Assembly (NCBI GenBank): GCA_046563655.1
Contig: CM102290.1
Span: 3,534,001 to 3,598,000 of the forward strand
Origin: Yuukianura sp. NJ FZ-2021
Lineage: Eukaryota
Direction: 5' to 3'
DNA: 64,000 nt
Shown here: piece after piece, positions 1 to 16,306 of the stretch
Layout of the letters: the number at the start of each line of letters is the position of its first letter
Numbering within the stretch: position 1 is the first letter of the stretch
Notes under the pieces: generated by a model
What the model saw: only the letters and a program-made list of their open reading frames with translations
What the model was told of the DNA's origin: nothing
Database searches by the model: none
Translations under genes and position numbers: made by a program

Positions 1-297
1 CTCATCCAACGGAACTTCTTCAATGTGTCCCTCATAGACGACACGGTGTCCATACTGCAAGCAGTTCAAATTATTAGCAAAAGTGTATCAAAGAGTATTG
101 GAACTTTTGAATTTCGAACCTTAGGAATGTGCAGGAGAGCTCGATGCTTCTCCATTTGAGTTTTCTTTGGCTGTCGCCGGAAGAAACGCGAAATCTATTC
201 ATAACAAAAATTTGTCAACTTTGAAACCAAGGACTCATGATTCATTGGATTTTCCGAAAATTTGCAATATAAAACTGTATTTTACCCGAGCACCCAT
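1..297 (-). CDS. 5' part of an uncharacterised spliced gene running off the left edge; begins MGARISRFFRRQPKKTQMEKHRALLHIPKYGHRVVYEGHIEEVPLDE (candidate N-myristoylated protein)
   Basis: ATG at 297 in gtcatcATGG context. Coding exons 297-286, 194-120 and 54-1 are joined by two phase-0 GT-AG introns and give one open frame. No recognised homolog. Confidence 0.55.
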
Positions 298-1166
298 GAT
301 GACTTGTCCAATTGAGTTGAATCCCTCCAACCAGCAAATGTTAGTCGATTAGTTGCAGTCGTCAGACGTAACCTTCAGTGGTAACCTTTGGGCTGAGCTG
401 AACGGAAGACGGAGCAAGAGCTGCGAAATCGACAGATGTCGCCGACAGATTGACGAAAACCGAGCAAAACGCTGGTAGTCCTTTCGCTTGGCTTGATCAA
501 CAAACAATGTCGTAACAATTAGCCAGACAACGAACACTGCTTCTGCAGCAACCAATTGGAGTTAACTAAAAGTACAAAAACTTATTAGATTCGACGTAAC
601 TTTAACAAATTGGGTTAATTTGACTCCAATTAATGTTAAAGTAAATGTTTAAGGTGTCAATTTAACTTTAAATGATACCTTTATGACGAGCCAAGTCTCC
701 TTTGTCCTTCGTCCAACCGCACCAGGACCAGGATCACTGCTGAGCTGTCCGAAATTTTGAAATTCTGAATTCTCCTTTTTCCAAAGGTCACTGCCCTTAG
801 TGTAGACGTGGAAATTGAATTGAAAAAGTTTTGCGACTTGACGGTAGATGGCATGGATGGTTGCTCTGGAAGCAAATTTTGACTTGGTTGTGCCATATAT
901 GGGCCAATACCAACACAAAGCTTGTTAAAACAATTAAGTTAAGAATCAGCACCTAATTACCGTAATCTATGCATAAATATATTAATAACCTAAGTAAAAT
1001 TTATTTAATTTAATTAAAAGCTATAAAAATACCTAAATTGGAAGGAACCGACATAAATCTCAGATGTTATTTAATATATTGATATGGAGATGAAATCGGC
1101 GCCAAATCAACAATTCAAAAGTTAAGAAAAAACCTTCTTACGCTCGAGGCCTCACAACGGCAGTCG

Positions 1167-1172
1167 TCAGTT
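1167..1172 (+). promoter_or_regulatory. Putative arthropod-type initiator (TCAGTT) for the orphan gene at 1367
   Basis: TCAGTT lies about 65 nt upstream of a GTAAG donor (1235) and downstream of an AT-rich stretch. Confidence 0.4.
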
Positions 1173-1366
1173 TCAAATTAGCAGCTCTCGAAGGAGGGTA
1201 ATCTACTCCTACTCTATCCAAAATTCCTGTCAAGGTAAGATTTAACAATCGTTATTGCAGCCCCGATGTGTAGCCACAACGGCCATCTTGTGTGGCTACA
1301 TCCAGTGGCGACATTTGTGGCTAACTCTGACCTTTCTGCAGTAGACTGACAACTCCATTGTTCAAG

Positions 1367-2002
1367 ATGCGCATCAAGACCTCAGTATCCTTACCGAAGC
1401 TCACCACCGTCATGAAGGTTATAGAGCCATTCCAGCGTGCTCCGAAACCGACAACGTACCTGGAACTCGGTCGAGCCGCTCGTCGGCTAGCAGCTGAAAA
1501 AGCCAAAGCTGCCAGCGAAGCACCGGAACGGATCCTTGTTTTCCCGAAACCGCCACCATTGCCTGAAGAAAAACCAGAGATGACGTACTACCAATTGTTT
1601 AAGATGCAAGTAGCGAACGGTGAACGGCTACCGTACATTGTGCGTACTTTGAGATTCGAGCCCCTTGTTCCGTCACTGAAGCACGAGCATGTCGGAATCA
1701 CCGTGCCTTCGCATTTCGTTGGTCGAAAGAAGCCGAAGCAACCGATTATCATTGACATTTCCGACGAGCCAGACGTCGAAGTCTTTACTGGTCTCCACGA
1801 TCGTAGGGCGCGTCGTACATACTCGGCTTCGTCTGCCATGGACTTCACTGACATGACAAACTCTGGTGATTGGGTGCGCTACATTCCCCCGCCGATTGAT
1901 CCTTATAACCAATTCGAGTTGCCGTTCGTTCCATTGAAGCGTGCTTTCCAGCCGGTTCGCCCGTTCCTGATCGAGTACTTCCCGGACAACTTCCAGGACT
2001 AG
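1367..2002 (+). CDS. Intronless Pro/Lys/Arg-rich hypothetical protein (211 aa)
   Basis: Long ORF, more GC-rich than its flanks; ATG at 1367 (the track starts at TTG 1358), preceded by a plausible 5'UTR intron 1235-1341. No recognised domain. Confidence 0.55.
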   Translation: MRIKTSVSLPKLTTVMKVIEPFQRAPKPTTYLELGRAARRLAAEKAKAASEAPERILVFPKPPPLPEEKPEMTYYQLFKMQVANGERLPYIVRTLRFEPLVPSLKHEHVGITVPSHFVGRKKPKQPIIIDISDEPDVEVFTGLHDRRARRTYSASSAMDFTDMTNSGDWVRYIPPPIDPYNQFELPFVPLKRAFQPVRPFLIEYFPDNFQD

Positions 2003-2875
2003 CCAAACCTCCACCACCGAGACAAATATCCACTTCTGCAGAAGGAAAGGGCAGTCCATCAAAAGTTAACTTAGCTATTAGGTCAAACCAGGTCATTAAC
2101 CTTCTGATTTGTTGAATATTGCAGGTCATTCACAAACGATTGGACTGACACGAGGAGACAATTGGGCCAATCAGAGCAGTTGCCGATATACTTCTAAATT
2201 TCGTGATCGCAAATCAATGAATTTGTTTCTAAATTGCAAATTGAATGGATTGATAGAATTTTCATGATTTATAACTAAATTAATTTTCGCCGTTAATTAA
2301 ATAATTGCAATTAATTTTTACATGAAAATCTTACATCATGTTTGTTACAGTTTTGGAGACGAAAAAAGGGTTTACATTTTTGAATTGTTTAAGTAAGTTA
2401 TAGTTGGCATTGTTAGTCGTGAATTTAAGTTCTTTGACTAGTAATTTTTCCAATTAGCGAAACAATTGATGGATTGTCAATAGTAAGTAGCGTTAAGCCA
2501 AGAAACTGCGCTTTCTTTCGAGGGAAAGCGGAAGCGTTATGTATTCGACGACGGTGAAAGCGCAAGACGAAGCCGCTGCTGGGCTGTTCCAGTGCAAGTA
2601 AGTTCCGAAATGTTCGATCGATAACATCTGGATGGAATTGTCAAGTCACTTGTTTTCTGGATTAACAGGTTCATTTACTGTCGCTTCCAAGGTCACACAC
2701 AACTTATCATAGAAGAGAGTAGCACACATAGTCGGGTTGCTAGGTAAGTTCACCTTGTACATTGTTTAAGCACCAAGTTTCCTTTATAAACGAAGTAAAA
2801 TAGCATATCGAAGTTACTGACAAGTTATTCTTAACGTTTGATTCATCTTTAGATCCCGAAGTGTTGAACTGGACG

Positions 2876-5800
2876 ATGACTCAGATGTCGTCCAACAGGA
2901 TCTTCCTGCTGTACCTTTTGGTCCTTAGCAAAGTGGGTGCTAAACGGAGTCGTAAATTAGATGACGTGGTTTGTAATCCGGTAAGATTCGATTTGAAAAC
3001 AAACATTTTCGTTTTTACGAACACAATTGAACTTTTGTTTTGCTTTAAACCTGTAGTCGGATTTCTACTATGACTTTACCGAGGTATGTTCACTCATTTT
3101 TTTCTATTTGATATCGAGACTAATTAATAATCATGGTTGTAGTGTGATCCAGGCCGGGGAAGATGGCGTGTCGCAATTCCGTCGTCTCCAGCATGTGAGG
3201 GTGTTAACCCTCCAATTCCTCCGAAACAACTTGACGAGTGCTGTGCGTAAGATCTTTCTATGGAACGTATTGTAAACGCATGTTATGTAATTAATTTTGG
3301 TGCACTTTGTTCAAGTATAGTTAAGTCCTGTGAAGCTGGACACTTCTTGAACCTAGAAACAGTAGAATGCGAGCAATGTGCTCCTGGAACGTATTCTCTG
3401 GGTGGTGGGCTCCGTTTCGACGAGTGGGATCCCTTACCGAATGGGTTTAAGGCACAAGTTGAAAAATTCCGAAGTGTTTTCTCTACTTTGGGTAGACAGT
3501 ACGTCGGACTTAATTGTAGCAAGTAAGTGTACGGTTCAGGCCGAGATAATGTTTAACGATCGGTATTGTAGCCGCATATTGTAGCCAATCTGGCCAGCTT
3601 TTGTGGCTACGCTACCATAGTCGGCTAGACGTAGTAGCGACATTTGTAGCCGCTCTAACCTGAAAAAAACTTAACCTAAAGAGACAAACGCGTAGCCACC
3701 ATTGTAGCCGCAAAGTGGCTACATCGTACGACCTCAGTGATGATCGTCGTTAAACGTTACCCCAGCCCTACGGTTTACGATTCTTAATTAGCATTGAAAA
3801 TTAACTACGTTTTTACACCTCTTTGTTCAATTTAGATGGGGCTGGAGACCCAAAGGAGACGTTATCCTAAGTCAAGGAGGACCGTGTGTTGCCACACTTC
3901 TGTTTAGTGCGGAGTTGGTCAAACCAGGGAGCCTCAAGTTTACTTATCAGTATGCCGACGATAGCGTTCTATTCCAGTTCCAAGTAAGTGTTTTACTTGC
4001 TCGTATTGCGACAACTTGGCATATGTGAATAGCTTGACGTTTCCAGGCCAACAGCGACCAGTGCGAGAGCTCCAGAGAAGCTGAAGGAAGTCGCTGGCCA
4101 CCGTTGACTGGAGAAGGAGTTTGGCGTACTGAAGAAATAGCCTTACGGACGGGTCATAACATTTTTCAGTGGAAAACCATGGGGATTGACTCACACCGAC
4201 CTAAACCGGTTCTGATCAAAAGGATTGAAATTGATGGTTAGCTGGCTTCAACAGCTACTCTCTTTCTTTCTACTGTTTTTACTGTTGTAACATTCATACG
4301 AGTTAATATTTAATTGTTAATTGTTTACTAATTTTTAGGGGTTGGTTACACCTCATCTTGCCTACCCTGTCCCGGTGGAACTTGGAATGACCAAGCTGCT
4401 GCAAAGGAGTGCAAACCATGTCCCCCAAATACGTACACACTTCCTCATAGCAATGCCACGCAATGCTTTCCCTGTAGTAATGCACAAAATACTCTTCAAG
4501 TCTAGCTATACTGTCGGAAGTCAAGCTGCTCAATCTTAATCGCTGCATTATCTTTGTTTTCAGAAGCTGACGAATACTCTGAATCCGGGTCCTCCTCATG
4601 TAAAAAGCGTCCAGTATGCTCCGCCAGCGATTTCTATCATGTCAACACTCCTTGTAACTCATTGAACCAGGCAAGTTCTGAATCGTAACTTACGAATCGT
4701 ACGTACTGAATCGTTTATTTGAAAGTACGGGGCTAACCACAGTTTGTTTTCTCTTCTTAGACAAGGGTAATCTACAAGTGGATCCAACCTAAAATATGTA
4801 TTGGAAAACTGGGAGAGCAAGATGAATCACCTCCAGCTCCACCAGGCGACTACACAGAGTGTCCTCCTTGTAACCTAGGTAAGAATTCACTAATGTCATG
4901 ACCATTATTGTAAATTGTAGACAGTGTTTCAGATTAATTATGGTTTGAAAGGAACGGAATACCGCGAAGGGCGTTGCATTCCGTGTTCTGGCAACACTTT
5001 TTCGGATGGTCTACGGTCTTGTGAGGAATGTCCTCCGAATACTGCACCAGATACGAGTCATCACCTGACTCAGTGGTGAGTTTGAATGAGTCATGTGACT
5101 CAAATGAGTCAGGTGACTCATTTGAGTTAGAATGGAGGCCAAGGATAAGTTTTCTTTACTGCGAATTTATTGTATATGGTAGGTATGCTTGGCCCGACAA
5201 CATTCACGAAACTTGTATCAGTCCAGAAGGTAGACATTTTAATTTTTATGATTGTCCATGTTTGAAAAGTTAATGCTGAACTTTGACATCAGATACTGGA
5301 TGCAATCAGTCACCGGCTTGGCAACTTAATGGAAACTACGTTCGGAGTGGCAAGGGACACGCCGACTGGGTGTATCTTGTCATGACCTTGACTGTAGCTG
5401 GATTCCGTGGTGTTGGTGGTATCGTCAATGGACAACTGATCGAAGTTGGACGCCTCGTATTTACATTTGAAATGACTTGTCTTCATGACTGTGAGCTACT
5501 ATTGATGCAGGTAAGAAAATCTGTACACAATACAGAGGTCATCGACAATGCGTTACTCTAATCTTTTAATGTCACAGGGAACCTCAACCAAAAACGCAAC
5601 AGTAATCCAACGGTGGTCAGGAAATCAATCTCGGCAGGAGTTTCAGCACTCCATTGTGAAAAATGATTCGTACAGTTTTAGCTGGGCTTTTCAAAAAGTG
5701 GCATGGGATACCGTAAATTCCGAAGGAAACTTGCGAGATGACTGGAGTGACCCTATGGCATGGTCTCGTGGAACGACAGACGACGAAACGGTTGTCAAAA

Positions 5801-8028
5801 TCTACAATATCAATGTCACTAACAGTATGGACGGAGGCGCTAGTTCTTGTGTCCAATGCCAAGATGGACTCATCTATACCAGTAGTATAAGGAACACCAA
5901 TCACAACGGTTCCTGTATTCCTTGTTCCCCTGGAAGCATACGATCAACCGTGTAAGAAGCACTTGGTTTTAAAACGTCAGAAATTATTCTCGGTTTTTTT
6001 CAAAGATGTTGAACATTTTGTTTCTAATAGGACCGAGCGTGACAATAAAACTGAAAAGGAAGTTGTCAAATGCTTGCCTTGTCCAAGAAATTCCGTCACG
6101 GTGGGACCATTTCCGAAAAACTGCACATCCTGCGGACCGACGTTAATCAGCAAAGATGGGCTTACCTGCACAACTGACTGTTTAATTGAAATGGGTAATC
6201 GCAGTTTTAAGGCATAAGTCTTTTACTAATTAATTAATTAATTAACATTTTTTTTTCTCGTAGGTGGATTCTCCTACGACTTGAGGCCATTGAAGGGGTT
6301 ATTTAGCTCTTGAAAAAAACTCTTTAAAACTTCGCGCAGGAGTTGATTTGTGTTTATATTCTTAGGTTTCATAGTGTCCGAGGGAGGCCGTTGTTCACAA
6401 GTTCAGGGACACAGTACTACCATGCGTACAACATCAGTTTCTGCATGGATAGCAATGCAAAGTGCTACAAGAACGTTTCCCTTCCAAGAGGATTTGAACC
6501 GGCCCTTGAAAATCCCAGAGTAGAGGCCCTTATTTGCCAAAGTACAATCTTTCCACCAGCAGTCAGCATGGGTTTGGATCCGAATTCATATGGAGATGCG
6601 CCTTTGCCTTTGAAACCATTGTCGACGCATGCGGGATCGCTGGGTGACCATTTGATTGGTAAGCTGCACTCTTTGTCTTAGTTGTGGTTATTGCTGCTTA
6701 AACTGAAAATTTTAAAAGATGTAACTGTGATTAATTTAGTTTGAAATTTTTTAGGTGTAAGTCACTCTCCATCGCTCCTGGGGCTGTCAGCAGCACATGC
6801 AATTGGAGACCATTTGGAATTCCCTCATCAATTTCACTTCTTCTACTCAACTTCGGAGTAATTTTAACTTAAGACTTTGATTGGTGAAGATTGTAACTCA
6901 GAAACGGTTAACAGCTAACGTGATTCTATTGTAGACCTACTCCAGCATGTGCCAAAAGAAGTACGACAATCACTTTTCGATGTCGCATGCCTGCTACATC
7001 TTGGTCATCAACGAATCGAGATGGAGGACTGGAGGACGCTGGGATTCAAATCCCCGAGAAATGTCCCGATGCGACTTGTGATGGATGCAATTACCACTTC
7101 ATCTGGGAAACTCCGTTTGCTTGCCACGTTTGTTTGGAAGATGAGTTAACGTGAGTTTGGAACAACTTATCTTAATTAAAGAGTGATCATGATCAACTGA
7201 TGTCTGATTTGTTTTAGGATTGTTCGTGGCGAGTGCAAGGACGGTATCCAGGAGCTCCACTACCTTAGCTCCCCCAGTTCCCTTTGTCTTCTCAAGAACA
7301 ATGCATCTTGGCCCAAGACTTCTAAGTGCACAAACCATTTGCCATTTGTGGTCGAAGTAAGGTTCAAAAGTGTCAAGTTACACCGAAAATGACTTTACTT
7401 GAGGTTGAGTTTTGTTTGTACCTGTTAGATCGCCATAGAACTTGCGATCGGACTGACCGTTCTCCTCTCCGTCCTCCTCCTGTGCTTCTGGCGGAGACAT
7501 CGAAAGTTAGAGTACAAATACATGAAACTCGTGGCTTCCGGTGGAAGTCGTTCTGGAAGGATGTCCAACCATGCTGGAGATCATGACACAAATGAAAGAG
7601 ATTTACTTCCAGTAGCAGAGAGTTGTGCTCTTGACGACGAGCTTGACGACGACGACGACGAAGAAAATCTGTATCCTGAAGGTTAAAACTTATTACCGGA
7701 AACTTCAACTTGTGAATCTCAATGCTAACTAACTTAAAGTTGTGTTATTCTAGATACTACTGAGTCGCAAAACTACCGAAGGGCACAAATGAAGGAAGTT
7801 AGCTTTTACAACACGGACAAAAGCAGAATTAAGAACCTCGTTACCAAGTTTTCAGTTTTTAACAGAATCAAGGCACTCCAGAGAAAGGAGGTGATTCCAT
7901 AACCCCTTCCTAAGCAATTAATTAATTAATACGATTAATTTCATTTATTTTCTGAGTAATCTGTGTATGTTTAGGAGGCAAGTCGCATGGAGGTCATGAA
8001 CTTGACTGACAAGGAAGCACTGACTTAA
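2876..8028 (+). CDS. ELAPOR: ELAPOR/KIAA1324 (UPF0577)-family Cys-rich type I membrane protein, multi-exon
   Basis: Signal peptide, then [84 protein letters not shown]; transmembrane segment followed by [11 protein letters not shown] and LPVAESCAL; stop TAA at 8026-8028. Confidence 0.9.
3537..3768. mobile_element. Degenerate hAT-like MITE in an ELAPOR intron
   Basis: Imperfect TIRs (caggccgagataatgtttaacga ... tcgttaaacgttaccccagccc), repeated internal tgtagcc/ggctac motifs, and a flanking direct repeat TACGGTT (3530-3536, 3769-3775). Confidence 0.7.
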
Positions 8029-8393
8029 GACTTCCGTTTTAAAGTATGGATCCCTGTGAATCATGTTTGTAACAACTCTTAATTCATTTTACATTTATTA
8101 TATATTAATATATAATCAAATTATGTGTACATGTTATATACAAAATGCTAAATGAGAGTGACTATTCAAAGCAACTTATCATCTCCCTATTCTAACATCT
8201 CCGCCTGTCATCTCTCAAAGTAAAAACAACAATTAAGGACAGGAGGTGTAAGGACATTGATTTATAAAATAAAAATTGTTAAATCATGAAATATAAAAAA
8301 AGTGAACAAGTGATGTTCTGTAAAGACTGAAACCTTGTAATTATCTAGAGTACTTCGAACATTTCTAATTACTAATTAGTAGTCAATAGGTAT

Positions 8394-10598
8394 TCAGTCT
8401 TCGGCTCCCCACAGCTTGAACGTTCTGTCGAAGGAGGATGTAGCAATGTACTGCGAGTCCGGAGAAATGTCAACACACATGACCCTGCCATCGTGACCTT
8501 TGAGTGTTTTCAGTGGTTGCCAGGTACCGGTAAGCCACAACTGAAAACATTGAACAATTTTAGCGAAGTTACGACTAGAACGCTAATGGAACTAGGTATG
8601 AGCTGTAAGAAGTAAAAAAAATAGAAGTTTTTTTTTCGTCTTACCTTGGCACTGTTATCGTATGAAGATGTAGCAATAAACCTGCCGTCTGTAGGTTGAC
8701 ATTTCACCCCTGAAACGAGGTTGGTATGAGCGGGAATTGTGTAGATGCAGCATCTCTGCCGGATATCCCAAATTTTACAGGAGTTGTCTTCACTTCCAGT
8801 CACTACTTGATAGCTGCAAAGGAATAAAATATAAATAATATTAAATATAAATATAAATGAATAAGCAAATAAGTAGGATTTACCCGTTCGGAGCTACTTC
8901 AATCCCAAGGACGCTCTTGAGATGACCTTCTAGAAACATGACACATCTTCCTGTACGCAGATCCCATATTCTGCCGAATGAGTCCATTCCCCTGCACAGA
9001 CATAACATAAAATATGACACAATCACCAATAAAACATAATGTAAGCATAATGTAAGCATAATGTAAGCATGATATGCTGCTCCAGTTGTTTACCCAGTAA
9101 CAGCCAGTGAACCATCACATTGAAAGGATATGCAGTAAACAGCTTTGCTATGTCCTTCCTGATGTAACAATTCTTCCTGTTGCTCCAGATCCCAAAGTCT
9201 CCAAGACGAATCAAAGCAACAAGTTGCCAAGAGGCGCCCCGATGGGTGATACGCAACGCGAGAAACTCTGGCTGTATGTCCAGGAAGATCCACGATGGGT
9301 TCATCACTAAAATATTACAAGTTAGTTTAGCCGGTACTACAGAAGGGAAAGGTTGACAATAATTGACACTTTGTTACCTCACAAAATTCCATAACTTGAC
9401 GGAACCATCGGCACCGCATGAGGCCATCTGACAAGCCTCGTCTTCCATACTAATAGTGGAATGCGGGTGGAAAACCACTGAACCTACGTTGTTACTGTGC
9501 CCCCTTAAAACTTTCATAGGCTTGCAGTCAGGGGATGACCAAAGCTTGATCAAGCCGCTCCTACAAAAAAATTAAACGATTCGTTAATAATAATTGGTTT
9601 GATTTTTAGCCTCGGGCGGTCTACACAATGTATTATTACCATGAAGCCGTAGCGAGGATTTTAGAGTTTGGACTGAACTGGATAAATGAAATTGGTCGAG
9701 TATCCCCAACTTGACTGGAGATGATTGTACTTGACTGAAGACGCTTCTGAAGCTCTTGGCGAGTAGATACCTTTACAGCCATTGGTACATCACGAATCCG
9801 ACGGGCTTCGGCTAGTCTGTCTTTGGCCCTCTTCAAAGAATATTCTACAAAACAAATAAAATTGCGTAAACAACTGGTAACAAATTGAAAACTGGATGCA
9901 TAAGTAATGCGTTGTTTACTTAGAATCCACCCGCGCCACACCTCAAGCGAACTCGGCCCTTCGTGGTACCATGTTACTTCTTGCTCTCTTTCGGAAATTG
10001 GTTTCTCTAAAACAAAAAAAAGTTGCTTTATTAACAGTGGGCACCGAAAGTCAACTGAATATAGAATAATTTACTTACGCTGTTGATTAAATTCTTTCCG
10101 CAGCAGAGAATCAATTCCAATCCTTTAAAAATTAGACAAAGTCATTTGATTGTAATTGATTGACTAAATTTTGACATAAACATAGGGATTACCGTGACAA
10201 AATATCCTTCAAACGGTGGCGTCTGTCAGCAGGCCCTTCGCCAAATAAACAGATAGGTTCACCAACGGTCCTTAAGTCCTTTTTCACTTCGTCATCATCA
10301 GTACTTACATTCATTAAGCGTGCTCTTCGCTTTCGTTCAATCTCCTCCAATCCTGCCTTTTTCTCTTTGGACAGGGCCTCTTCCATATTCATTGGCATGT
10401 AATCTGTATAAAAATTAACGATTCAGTATCAAGCATATATTCCGTATCAATAACATTCAGTGATTCAGTATAAGTTAGAGGTTCATAAATCAGCATCCAA
10501 CACTTACCTTTGGAGATATTGATATTCCCCGACCTAACAGCAGATCGTATAGATTCGGCATCATTTATTGCCGATGGAAGTCTCGGTTTCCTGTCCAT
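8394..10598 (-). CDS. PRPF4: U4/U6 snRNP protein Prp4 (PRP4 motif plus WD40 repeats), multi-exon
   Basis: [106 protein letters not shown]; ends FKLWGAED with stop at 8396-8394. Confidence 0.95.
9033..9070. repeat. 11-bp tandem repeat (cataatgtaag, about 3.5 copies) in a PRPF4 intron
   Basis: acataatgtaagcataatgtaagcataatgtaagcat. Confidence 0.8.

Positions 10599-16306
<5,708 letters not shown>

Noticed and set aside
649..918. Two short minus-strand ORFs as coding exons
   Set aside because: No recognisable motif and no consistent in-frame link to the MGARIS gene; may be UTR or non-coding
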